Source of the DNA: an uncultured Deferribacteres bacterium
GTDB taxonomy: Bacteria > Zhuqueibacterota > JdFR-76 > BMS3Abin05
Reading direction: 5' to 3'
NCBI GenBank assembly: GCA_964579725.1
Contig: CAZOHG010000009.1
Span: 16,058 to 80,057, forward strand
DNA length: 64,000 nt
Positions 19,801 through 27,293 of the stretch are shown here, one piece after another. A program made the translations under genes and the position numbers. Below the pieces are notes generated by a model. The model saw only the letters and a program-made list of their open reading frames with translations. It searched no databases and was not told the DNA's origin. The stretch's first letter is position 1, and every line of letters begins with the position of its first letter.

Positions 19801-20067
19801 TGGGGAGGATTGATTGGCATTATTAATATGATTCCGCTGGTGGACGGCGGCATGTTGACACAATCGAATGTGGGGTTTGCCAATTTGTACGGAAAATGGG
19901 TGGTGGAAAACCACGGCGTTGACCCGGACATTGTGGTGGAAAATACGCCTTCCGATGTACTGGCCGGTCGCGATCCACAGCTTGAAAAGGCTATTGCCGT
20001 TGTTTCGGCCGAACTCAAAAAGAATCCGCCGCCGAAGTTGGTACCGCCTCCGTTTCCCAAGAAATAG
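16813..20067 (+). CDS. Tricorn-protease-like exported peptidase (TolB-like beta-propellers + PDZ + S41 domain)
   Basis: The start at 16813 has AAGGAG (16801-16806) and yields signal peptide MKNSRLLRLVLLLLNLILWSGLFARG. Repeated FSPDG/LSPDG/WSPDS propeller motifs are present. The C-terminal S41 core includes DVRNNGGG and NQGTGSDGEVFS. Length is about 1084 aa, tricorn-like. Confidence 0.85.
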   Translation: MKNSRLLRLVLLLLNLILWSGLFARGAASGPLPGRILQNPDIGHGKIVFTFEDDLWLVPDTGGVARRITDFPGLEKYAKFSPDGQWIAFTGNYDGGSDVYVMPVTGGTPLRLTYHPAADVVLGWTPDSRFVLFRSRRGLQTELFKVPVKGGFPQKMPVDRVRYASLSPDGTQIVFNRNDADRMNWKKYRGGDQQDVWIGNLKTRSFHRLTHWAGYDNFPMWVGNAVYFNSDRQFGRMNLYRFSLERKSVQPLTHFKHWDVEFPSAGGGKIVFGCQGYLWTLNLVNQKLQKLSILIPTDRWRLRNTFLNPDRYVQYVSLSSKGDTAVVQSRGDVFLVPAQKGQPVNLTNSSGSREIFPALSPNGKWVAFFSDKTGEYELYVTPPRPHQPWKRLTHHSKTYYYHLKWSPDSKKILFGDKDFRTFVADVATGKVTQIDRCFYQKDNEIYWEISEYDWSPDSKWITYSKTNKNMNSSIYLYNLKTQQKIRLTDDRYDDFSPTFDRGGKYLFFLSNRHFEPELDPFMDNNLNANMTQVMVVQLQSGEAPPFEEEGEDSQTEKIDVNRVDVKGLSRRLYTVPVAPGTYKSLKAGKHAVFFLSKASFGFPGIEEFFHPNSVTFYTLKKFDLSSRRTKTIIPGIGSYNLSYNAEKAAYLSGKTAGVIPTSDESFAGEGTLAWKGLEKKVDFAEEYRQIYWEAWRQIRDFFYDPHLHGKNWPAIGKKYAALLPYVGTRNDLNYLLGQMIGELTASHEYIIGRGSPIREHYARVSVGLLGADLIPDFKAGAYRFEHIIQGELWRSSTHNPLLDPNVHIQKGDYLLAIDGNRLSPNENYFKYLENKAGREVCLTVNSRPNLKGARTVKIRALYSERSLRYHEWVEKNYTKVRQETGGRVGYIHLTDMDEEGLKQFEQGFRAERYRDGLIIDVRNNGGGFVSWFLIDKLERKLAFLTKTRTFRPMAYPHAVHPGPVVVLCNQGTGSDGEVFSEHVKELHMAKLIGTRTWGGLIGIINMIPLVDGGMLTQSNVGFANLYGKWVVENHGVDPDIVVENTPSDVLAGRDPQLEKAIAVVSAELKKNPPPKLVPPPFPKK

Positions 20068-20202
20068 AGACGGGTGGAGAAAAAGGGCGTACCGGGACGG
20101 TACGGCTCCGCCGTGGCTTTTCCGTTCAATTAATTGGCTAAAAAATAAACCGCGGGGCTGAAAACCAGAGTTTTTCGAAAATCCAGACAAACGGGAGGAA
20201 TC

Positions 20203-21336
20203 GTGAAAACACTAAGAACGGTCGTTTTTCTTTTGGTCGGGGGTGTTTTTTTCATTTCGTCCGCCTTTGCTCAATTGCCGCGTACATTGCCCAAAACAGC
20301 CGTGCCGTCCACCCGTACCGTGCGGGGCCTAAAGGACACGGTGGGCTTCGCGATTTCCGCGGCTCAAATGAACCTCACCGTGCAGCTAAGCCGGCAGGCG
20401 GATTCCCTAATGTTGGCGAAAAATGCCAAAAAGTACCGTTTAACCCCCGGGTCCTTTTTTGTGGCCGGTATTTCACCCCACGACGATTTTATCTACGCCG
20501 GCCCCGTTTACGCCCATCTTTACCCCTACCTCAAGGCCACCCGCGTGGTCATTTTGGGTGTTTCGCACTACGCGCGGCGCTGGCACGTGGAAAATACACT
20601 GGTGTTTGACGCCTTTAAAAAATGGAGGGGACCTTACGGTCTGGTTCGCGTTTCGGCGTTACGAAAGGAAATCTTAACTAAACTACCCAAATCGGATTTT
20701 ATCGTCAGCAGTCCGATGCAGGCGGAAGAGCATTCCGTAGAGGCGCTCATTCCCTGGCTGCAATATTACAACCGCAAGGTAGAAATTGTTTCCATTTTGG
20801 TGCCTTACATGTCCTGGCCGAAATTGGATAGCCTTTCACAGGACCTGGCCGCTGTTTTGGCGCGCCTCATTCAAACGCACCACTGGCAATTGGGAAGGGA
20901 CATTGCTTTTTTGATTTCCAACGATTGCTCTCACTACGGCGACCAGGGCTGGGGCGGCCGAAATTTCGCTCCGTTCGGTGTGGGCTGTGAGGGATTGAAA
21001 AGGGGAACGCAGCGCGATCGCAATATTGCCCGCCAGACCTTGTGCGGCAGTCTCACCCGATTTAAAGTGCATGATTTTTACACCCGTGTCTTGAATCCCT
21101 TGGATTACCACCAGTACAAAGTTACCTGGTGCGGGCGCTTTGCCGTCCCCTTCGGTACCAACATGCTGGCTCATTTGATGAAAAATCTTCACCGAAAACC
21201 TCTGGTGGGGGATTTTCTGCGCTACGGCGACAGTGTGGAATTGGGCGAGCTGAATGTCCGCCACACCGGAATGGGGGTGACCGCGCCCGCCAATTTGCAC
21301 CACTGGGTGGGGTACGTGGCTATCGGGTACCGGTAA
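20203..21336 (+). CDS. MEMO1/AmmeMemoRadiSam-system-protein-B family protein with an N-terminal signal peptide
   Basis: GTG start with GGGAGGAA RBS. Signal peptide MKTLRTVVFLLVGGVFFISSAFAQ. Memo-family motifs are SPHDDFIYAGPVYA, VILGVSHY, EEHSVEALIPWLQ and SNDCSHYG. Confidence 0.7.
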   Translation: MKTLRTVVFLLVGGVFFISSAFAQLPRTLPKTAVPSTRTVRGLKDTVGFAISAAQMNLTVQLSRQADSLMLAKNAKKYRLTPGSFFVAGISPHDDFIYAGPVYAHLYPYLKATRVVILGVSHYARRWHVENTLVFDAFKKWRGPYGLVRVSALRKEILTKLPKSDFIVSSPMQAEEHSVEALIPWLQYYNRKVEIVSILVPYMSWPKLDSLSQDLAAVLARLIQTHHWQLGRDIAFLISNDCSHYGDQGWGGRNFAPFGVGCEGLKRGTQRDRNIARQTLCGSLTRFKVHDFYTRVLNPLDYHQYKVTWCGRFAVPFGTNMLAHLMKNLHRKPLVGDFLRYGDSVELGELNVRHTGMGVTAPANLHHWVGYVAIGYR

Positions 21337-21396
21337 AAACGAAACTGCGAAAAAACGGTCAGTTAAAAAACGTTCAGTCAAATTTGGAGTGAGAGA

Positions 21397-24033
21397 ATGA
21401 AGAAACAGATTTCCGTTTGGGGTTTGCTTGTGTTTGTTTTTTGGGCCGGTTTTTTCTGTGCTCCCCGCCAAAAAGCGCGGCGGACCAATCCGGTTCGGCA
21501 GAACCTGAGCACGGGTTGGCTTCTGCAGGATTCCGCCAAAGTTTCCGCCGCCGGCAGTCAAATTTCTACCCTTGCTTTTAAGGCCAAAGGGTGGCATCCG
21601 ACAACGGTTCCCACCACCGTGTTGGCAGCCTTGGTAGCCGACGGTGTGTACAAAAATATTTACTACGGAAAGAACCTTGCCAAAATTCCCACAGAGCCGT
21701 TTCACCATTCCTGGTGGTTCCGGAAGGTTTTTAAGATTTCTACATTGAGGCGAAATAAGCGGATTTTTCTCCATTTCGACGGCATCGTGTATCGGGCGGA
21801 TGTGTGGGTAAACGGACAAAAGATCGCATCGGCCGATTCCGTGGAAGGCGTGTACCGCCATTTTACCTTTGACGTGACTCCGATTGTCCGCGTTGGAAAA
21901 GAAAATGTGCTGGCCGTGCAGGTATTCCCCCCGAAACCGGGAGACCCCTCCTTGGGATTTGTGGATTGGAATCCTGCGCCGCCCGACAAAAACCTCGGGC
22001 TGTGGCAGCCCGTCTTCCTGCGGTTTAGCGGAGAGGCCTCACTGGCGCACCCGCAGGTCATTACCCGGCTCAATTTACCCGACACCACCGAGGCCAAGCT
22101 CACACTCGCTGTGGACGTAGCCAATCATGCTGCTCACGCCGTAGAGGGGATTGTAAAAGCGCAAATCGGCTCCGTTTACCTTTCTCAAAAAATAAAGCTA
22201 AACCCCTGTGAAAATCGAACGGTAAGATTTTCACCCGAAAAATTTAAGTCGCTTGTTTTAAAACATCCCAAACTTTGGTGGCCGGTCGGAACGGGTCAAC
22301 CCAATTTGTACTCCGTTCATTTTGAGTTGGAGCTTCAGGGTAATCTTTCCGATTCACTTTCCACCCGCTTTGGCATTCGGGAGGTCGGTTCCTATTTTAA
22401 TAAAAAAGGCTACCGTGTGTTTACCGTCAACGGCAAACCGATTTTGATTCGCGGCGGAGGTTGGGCGGATGATCTTCTGTTGGCCGATTCCCCCAAAAAA
22501 TTGGAGGCGAAAGTCAAATATGCCCGCGACATGCATCTCAATGCCATTCGGGTGGAAGGCATTTGGGGGCGGGACGCACTGTACCGGCTGTGCGACGAAA
22601 ATGGCCTGCTCATGCTGGTCGGATGGTCGTGCCAGTGGGAATGGAAAAATCTGATTGGCAGCGCCTGCGACCAATTCGGAGGCGTTCGGTCTCCCCACCA
22701 AATGGATGTGGTCGTGCGCTCGTTTCGGGATCAGATTCTGCGGCTGCGGAATCACCCGTCTGTTTTGGTTTGGCTGTACGGCAGTGACAAACCGCCGCGC
22801 CCGGAATTGGAACAGCGCTATGTGGCTCTCTTAAAAAAATACGATCCCACACGGCCTTTTCTTTCCTCGGCCAGCCAAAAACCTACCTCGGTAACGGGGA
22901 ATTCCGGGGTCAAAATGAGCGGACCCTACGAATGGGTGCCGCCGGTTTATTGGTACGCAGACACGTCGCGCGGCGGTGCCTTCGGATTTGCTACGGAAAT
23001 CGGCCCCGGCCCGGAGGTTCCTCCTTTGGAGAGCGTGAGGAGAATGATCCCACCCGATCACCTTTGGCCCATCGATGATGTGTGGGATTTCCACTGCGGG
23101 CGGGGGAAATTTGTCAACCTCAATGTGTACACCACAGCCTTAACCAACCGGTACGGAAAAGCCGAAAGTGCTGCCAATTATTGTGAAAAGGCTCAGATCA
23201 TGAATTACGAGGGGCTTCGCGCCATGTTTGAAGCCTACGCACAGAACAAATTTTTGTCCACAGGCGTGATTCAATGGATGTTGAATTCAGCCTGGCCTTC
23301 TATGATCTGGCAGTTGTACGATTATTATTTAATGCCCGGAGGGGCTTATTTCGGGACAAAAAAAGCCTGCGAGCCGGTTCATATTCAATACGATTACGCC
23401 ACGCACCGCGTAGCGGTTGTCAACAGCACCTACCGAACCTTCGAAAAGCTAACTGCGGTAGCTCGTGTCTTTTCGCTCAATCTTCACGAAAAATTCGAGA
23501 AATCCGTTCCTGTGGCGATGGCAGAAAACACCAGCCGAATTTTGTTTCAGATTCCGGAAATCAACGGGCTTTCGCGCACCTATTTTTTGGATCTGCGATT
23601 GAAAGACGCCTCAAATCGAGAAATCAGTTCCAATTTTTACTGGCTCTCAACCCAACCGGATATTTTGGACGAAGCCCACGCCAATTGGTACGTCACTCCT
23701 ACCGTAGGCTTTGCTGATTTAACGCAGCTTTCCGATTTGCCACCCGTTCGGCTGGAAGCCTCCGTTCACTTTTCAAAAAACGGCAAGCGTTGGACGGCTC
23801 AGGTGCACGTAAAAAATCCCACGTCGAAACTGGCTTTTTTTGTGGAATTAAAAATTGTTCGCCGGGATTCGGGGGATTCTGTTTTGCCCATTTATTGGGA
23901 TGAGAATGATTTTGCCCTTTTGCCCGGTGAAAAAAAGGTGCTTACGGCAAGGTTTTCAGACGTCGATTTAAGGGGGCAGAAACCCGCCCTCAAGGTAGGC
24001 GGTTGGAATGTGGAACCGGAAACCCTTCGCTGA
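21397..24033 (+). CDS. Glycoside hydrolase family 2 protein (beta-mannosidase / exo-beta-glucosaminidase-like), exported
   Basis: N-terminal hydrophobic signal. GH2 sugar-binding region WWFRKVF...LHFDGIVYRADVWVNG, followed by a TIM-barrel region (NAIRVEGIWG, VWLYGSD). Length is 878 aa. Confidence 0.8.
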   Translation: MKKQISVWGLLVFVFWAGFFCAPRQKARRTNPVRQNLSTGWLLQDSAKVSAAGSQISTLAFKAKGWHPTTVPTTVLAALVADGVYKNIYYGKNLAKIPTEPFHHSWWFRKVFKISTLRRNKRIFLHFDGIVYRADVWVNGQKIASADSVEGVYRHFTFDVTPIVRVGKENVLAVQVFPPKPGDPSLGFVDWNPAPPDKNLGLWQPVFLRFSGEASLAHPQVITRLNLPDTTEAKLTLAVDVANHAAHAVEGIVKAQIGSVYLSQKIKLNPCENRTVRFSPEKFKSLVLKHPKLWWPVGTGQPNLYSVHFELELQGNLSDSLSTRFGIREVGSYFNKKGYRVFTVNGKPILIRGGGWADDLLLADSPKKLEAKVKYARDMHLNAIRVEGIWGRDALYRLCDENGLLMLVGWSCQWEWKNLIGSACDQFGGVRSPHQMDVVVRSFRDQILRLRNHPSVLVWLYGSDKPPRPELEQRYVALLKKYDPTRPFLSSASQKPTSVTGNSGVKMSGPYEWVPPVYWYADTSRGGAFGFATEIGPGPEVPPLESVRRMIPPDHLWPIDDVWDFHCGRGKFVNLNVYTTALTNRYGKAESAANYCEKAQIMNYEGLRAMFEAYAQNKFLSTGVIQWMLNSAWPSMIWQLYDYYLMPGGAYFGTKKACEPVHIQYDYATHRVAVVNSTYRTFEKLTAVARVFSLNLHEKFEKSVPVAMAENTSRILFQIPEINGLSRTYFLDLRLKDASNREISSNFYWLSTQPDILDEAHANWYVTPTVGFADLTQLSDLPPVRLEASVHFSKNGKRWTAQVHVKNPTSKLAFFVELKIVRRDSGDSVLPIYWDENDFALLPGEKKVLTARFSDVDLRGQKPALKVGGWNVEPETLR

Positions 24034-24047
24034 CAGAGGGAACGCGT

Positions 24048-24080
24048 TTCCCCGCCCCGAACGCAACCCGGGGCGGGGAA
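24048..24080. terminator. GC-rich hairpin downstream of GH2 (probable terminator, no clear U-tract)
   Basis: Perfect 12-bp stem TTCCCCGCCCCG (24048-24059) / CGGGGCGGGGAA (24069-24080) with a 9-nt loop. Confidence 0.5.
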
Positions 24081-24085
24081 AATGG
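24067..24085. repeat. Left copy of the 19-bp direct repeat CCCGGGGCGGGGAAAATGG flanking the R-M cassette
   Basis: Identical 19-mer at 24067-24085 and 25825-25843. The left copy forms the 3' arm of the hairpin above. Confidence 0.9.
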
Positions 24086-24095
24086 GAATAATTTC

Positions 24096-24124
24096 TTGAC
24101 ATTTGGAGGAAAAGGGACTATTTT
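24096..24124 (+). promoter_or_regulatory. Promoter of the R-M operon: TTGACA-N17-TATTTT
   Basis: TTGACA at 24096-24101, 17-nt spacer, TATTTT at 24119-24124, about 110 nt upstream of the methylase ATG. Confidence 0.5.
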
Positions 24125-24235
24125 TTTAGTGACTGATTCCTACGGAAAATAATTGTCAAAAGTCGATTTTCCCGCTCGATTGATAAAAGTGCACCATTCC
24201 GGTAAGGAATTTTAAAGAGAAAATTCGGAGCAAAA

Positions 24236-25189
24236 ATGGGACATCGTGTGGAATATAAGGGGACTTCAGGTGACTTATTCACTCAATCGGAGTACAGATT
24301 GGTGTGTCATGATGCCAAGGGGACTTTGGAAGCGATGCAGGACGATCGATTTGATTTGATCATAACGTCTCCGCCCTACAATGTTGGCAAAGAATATGAA
24401 GTTAAGCAGTCCATCGAAAAGTATTTGGAGGATCAAGAGGAGATTATTCGGGAATTAATTCGTGTTTTGTCTCCCCAAGGAAGTATTTGTTGGCAGGTGG
24501 GGAATTACGTAAAATCAGGGGAGGTATTCCCATTGGATGTTTTTTATTATCAAATTTTTAAAAAATATGGGTTAAAGCTCAGAAACAGAATCATTTGGCG
24601 GTTTGGGCACGGTTTACATGCGTCTAAGCGCTTTTCAGGGCGATATGAAACTATTTTATGGTTTACAAAAGGCGATTCGTATATTTTTAATTTGGATGAA
24701 GTTAGAATCCCCTCAAAATATCCCGGAAAGAGGCATTTTAAGGGGCCCAAAAAGGGCAAGTTGTCAGGCAATCCGAAAGGTAAAAACCCTTCCGATGTTT
24801 GGGATATTGTTTACCGGGATTGGGAAGAAGGTGTTTGGAATATCCCCAATGTTAAGGCAAATCATCCCGAGAAAACCGAACACCCTTGCCAATTTCCGAT
24901 TGAACTGGTGGAAAGGTGTGTTTTGGCTCTTACAAATGAAAAAAGTTGGGTATTGGACCCGTTTTGCGGTGTTGGCTCTTCGGTAATAGCCGCCTTGAAA
25001 AATAAAAGAAATGCCGTTGGGATTGATAAAGAACAAAAATACATTGAAGTTGCTTTACAACGAATTAAGCAATTTGAAAATGGTAGTCTAAAAATACGAC
25101 CGATGACCAAACCCATCTACTCGCCCCCCTCAAATTCAAAACTGGCTCAATATCCTGCAGAGTGGCTTGAAAAGGCGGAAAAATCGTGA
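24236..25189 (+). CDS. Type II DNA methyltransferase, beta-class amino-MTase (SPPY motif suggests N4-cytosine; N6-adenine not excluded)
   Basis: Motif IV DLIITSPPYN is near the N-terminus and motif I DPFCGVGSS is near the C-terminus, which is the beta-class order. ParB-less, 317 aa. The stop overlaps the start of the endonuclease gene (GTGA at 25186-25189). Confidence 0.85.
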   Translation: MGHRVEYKGTSGDLFTQSEYRLVCHDAKGTLEAMQDDRFDLIITSPPYNVGKEYEVKQSIEKYLEDQEEIIRELIRVLSPQGSICWQVGNYVKSGEVFPLDVFYYQIFKKYGLKLRNRIIWRFGHGLHASKRFSGRYETILWFTKGDSYIFNLDEVRIPSKYPGKRHFKGPKKGKLSGNPKGKNPSDVWDIVYRDWEEGVWNIPNVKANHPEKTEHPCQFPIELVERCVLALTNEKSWVLDPFCGVGSSVIAALKNKRNAVGIDKEQKYIEVALQRIKQFENGSLKIRPMTKPIYSPPSNSKLAQYPAEWLEKAEKS

Positions 25190-25803
25190 AAATTGCCCGG
25201 AAATATTCTCACCTTAACGGAGAAGAGTTTCTTATTGTTCACAGAAACACCCTTTACGATGAAATCAAAAGTGTGATTTCAGCTATTCAGGCAGACGAAT
25301 TCAAAACGAAAGTCAGTAGCGAAAAAACAACACGCGGGAAAAAATTCTACAGTCCGGTAGAATTGAACAGGGAATTTAAAAAGCGATTCAATAACTTCAA
25401 TTGGCAAGAAAGCCGGTATCAATATTACATCACGCTGGATCGAGAGCTCATGGAGAAAAGTTTGAATTTATCGGCCAAACAACAGAGGAAGTTTCTTGAA
25501 GAGCACGGGGAGAAAAACCCTATTTTTTCATACAATCAAACGGATTTTGTAAAAAACAAAGTGGCGGTGGAAGTCCAGTTTGGAAAATATGCTTTTGTAG
25601 CGTATGATATTTTTGTCAAACATATGTTGTTTTATTCGGGGGGTCTGATTGATCTTGGGGTTGAAATTCTACCGACCAAAGCCATGCAGACACAAATGTC
25701 GTCGGGTGTCGCTTATTTTGAGGGGGAAGTGTACCATGTTTTAAGACACGGCCGGAATAATCCGGCCATTCCGTTGTTGATTCTCGGCATTGAACCCAAT
25801 TGA
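25186..25803 (+). CDS. Type II restriction endonuclease, BglII/BamHI/BstYI-like fold
   Basis: VAVEVQFGKYAF resembles the BglII catalytic block ..VEVQFSNYPF and BamHI ..GMEFETGN as I recall them. IDLGVEILPTK resembles BamHI IDLAIILMP. Size is 205 aa and the gene is coupled to the MTase. Confidence 0.65.
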   Translation: MKIARKYSHLNGEEFLIVHRNTLYDEIKSVISAIQADEFKTKVSSEKTTRGKKFYSPVELNREFKKRFNNFNWQESRYQYYITLDRELMEKSLNLSAKQQRKFLEEHGEKNPIFSYNQTDFVKNKVAVEVQFGKYAFVAYDIFVKHMLFYSGGLIDLGVEILPTKAMQTQMSSGVAYFEGEVYHVLRHGRNNPAIPLLILGIEPN

Positions 25804-25824
25804 GGTATTTTTCTCACATAACCC

Positions 25825-25843
25825 CCCGGGGCGGGGAAAATGG
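25825..25843. repeat. Right copy of the 19-bp direct repeat CCCGGGGCGGGGAAAATGG
   Basis: Exact match to 24067-24085. It lies 10 nt from the stop codon of the convergent GroES-like gene. Confidence 0.9.
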
Positions 25844-25852
25844 CTCAAGGGT

Positions 25853-26230
25853 CTACAAAGCGTCTTCCTCGAAATCTTCTTCCCGAACCACGACTAAAAT
25901 AGCGGCCTGGGGGACAACCAAATAATTTTTGTTCTCAAATTTGATCTCAATAGCGGACTTGCGCAAAAAAATGGCGTAATCGCCCACTTCAACTTGCATG
26001 GGCAGGTAGTGTACGTTGGCGTCGTAGGATTTCCATGGCTCGTTCTCGATGTCACCCGGCTGGGGCAAGGGCGTGCCGGGGCCGGTGGCCACCACGCGCC
26101 CTCCTTGAACGGTTTCCCGCTCCACAGCCCATTTCGGTAAATAAAGGCCAACATCCGTACGCTCCTCGGCGCTGTCCGGCTGAATTAAAACACGATCCCC
26201 AATAACGATCAGATGCTTGTGCGATTTCAT
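25853..26230 (-). CDS. GroES (Cpn10)-family co-chaperonin-like protein, standalone, with an internal insertion
   Basis: IGDRVLIQP...GLYLP...GGRVVATGPG...VEVGDYAIFLR...YLVVPQAAILVVV follows the GroES beta-barrel pattern. It is 125 aa versus about 95 aa for canonical GroES. No groEL gene is adjacent. Confidence 0.65.
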   Translation of the reverse strand: MKSHKHLIVIGDRVLIQPDSAEERTDVGLYLPKWAVERETVQGGRVVATGPGTPLPQPGDIENEPWKSYDANVHYLPMQVEVGDYAIFLRKSAIEIKFENKNYLVVPQAAILVVVREEDFEEDAL

Positions 26231-26394
26231 GGAAAGTTCCGATTTAGGTGCAAAATCATCCTATTTAAAATGGCAAAATTCGGGTGAAGATGCAAGTGTT
26301 TTTTTCGCCCACTTTGTTGCCTAAAACGCAGGAAAAAGGTTGGAATTCTCAAGAAGGAAAAATTGAAGAAGCAAGGGGATTTAAAAAATTCCGT

Positions 26395-26427
26395 TTGTAA
26401 AATGATGAAAAGTTTTGTAAATTAAAT
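26395..26427 (+). promoter_or_regulatory. Promoter for etfBA: TTGTAA-N17-TAAATT(AAAT)
   Basis: TTGTAA at 26395-26400, 17-nt spacer, TAAATTAAAT at 26418-26427, about 55 nt upstream of the etfB start. Confidence 0.6.
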
Positions 26428-26481
26428 ACTACCGAGCGAAATGTGAGCAGTTGAACCCTAAATTTAGAGGAGGATTTTGCC

Positions 26482-27234
26482 GTGAAAATAGTCGTGTGCA
26501 TGAAGCAAGTCCCCGATACAGAAACAAAAGTACGGATTGGTCAGGACGGGAAAACCATTGACCCGACCGACGTCAATTATGTGGTGAATCCGTACGATGA
26601 GTACGCCATTGAGGAGGCGTTGCGCATAAAGGAAAGCACGGGCGAGGGCGAGGTGACCATCTTAACCTTGGGGCCCGACCGAGCCATTAATGCCATTCGA
26701 ACTGCCTTGGCAATGGGAGCCGACAAGGCCGTTCATTTGAAAACCGACGACACCTATTTGGATTCTTATGCCGTGGCCGTTGCCCTGGCCAATCAATTGA
26801 AGGAAATGGACTACGATTTGATTTTAACAGGCAAACAGGCGGTGGACGACGACGCGGCACAGATTGGGCCTCGCGTGGCGGCTCTACTGGATTTGCCCTG
26901 TGCCACCGTGGTGACCAAATTGGAAATTGGTGACGGAGCCTTTACAGCGCATCGTGAAGTGGAAGGGGGCCTGGAAGTGGTGGAAGGCTCTTTGCCGGCC
27001 GTGGTCACTGCACAAAAAGGCCTGAATGAACCGCGGTACGCCTCGTTGAAAGGTATTATGATGGCCAAGCGCAAACCTGTTGAAGAAAAAGAGCCGCAAT
27101 TTGACGATCCCAAGGTGGAAATTTTGAAAATGGAATATCCTCCCGAGCGGAAAGGTGGTCGAATTGTCGGTAAAGGTGTGGAGGCTGTCCCGGAATTGGT
27201 GCGTCTGCTGCACGAAGAGGCGAAAGTGATCTAA
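26482..27234 (+). CDS. etfB: Electron transfer flavoprotein beta subunit
   Basis: MKIVVCMKQVPDTETKVRI, NPYDEYAIEEALR and LILTGKQAVDDDAAQIGP are present. GTG start with AGAGGAGGA RBS. Confidence 0.92.
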   Translation: MKIVVCMKQVPDTETKVRIGQDGKTIDPTDVNYVVNPYDEYAIEEALRIKESTGEGEVTILTLGPDRAINAIRTALAMGADKAVHLKTDDTYLDSYAVAVALANQLKEMDYDLILTGKQAVDDDAAQIGPRVAALLDLPCATVVTKLEIGDGAFTAHREVEGGLEVVEGSLPAVVTAQKGLNEPRYASLKGIMMAKRKPVEEKEPQFDDPKVEILKMEYPPERKGGRIVGKGVEAVPELVRLLHEEAKVI

Positions 27235-27293
27235 GACGGGTGTTTTTTCATCACATAGAAAAATAAGGATTTAGAATAAAAGGAGGTTTTTCA

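Noticed and set aside
20836-21861. 341-aa minus-strand ORF spanning the Memo-like/GH2 boundary
   Set aside because: It overlaps two well-supported plus-strand genes and their intergenic RBS. Its composition (Gly/Pro/Arg/His-rich) and lack of motifs indicate a shadow ORF.
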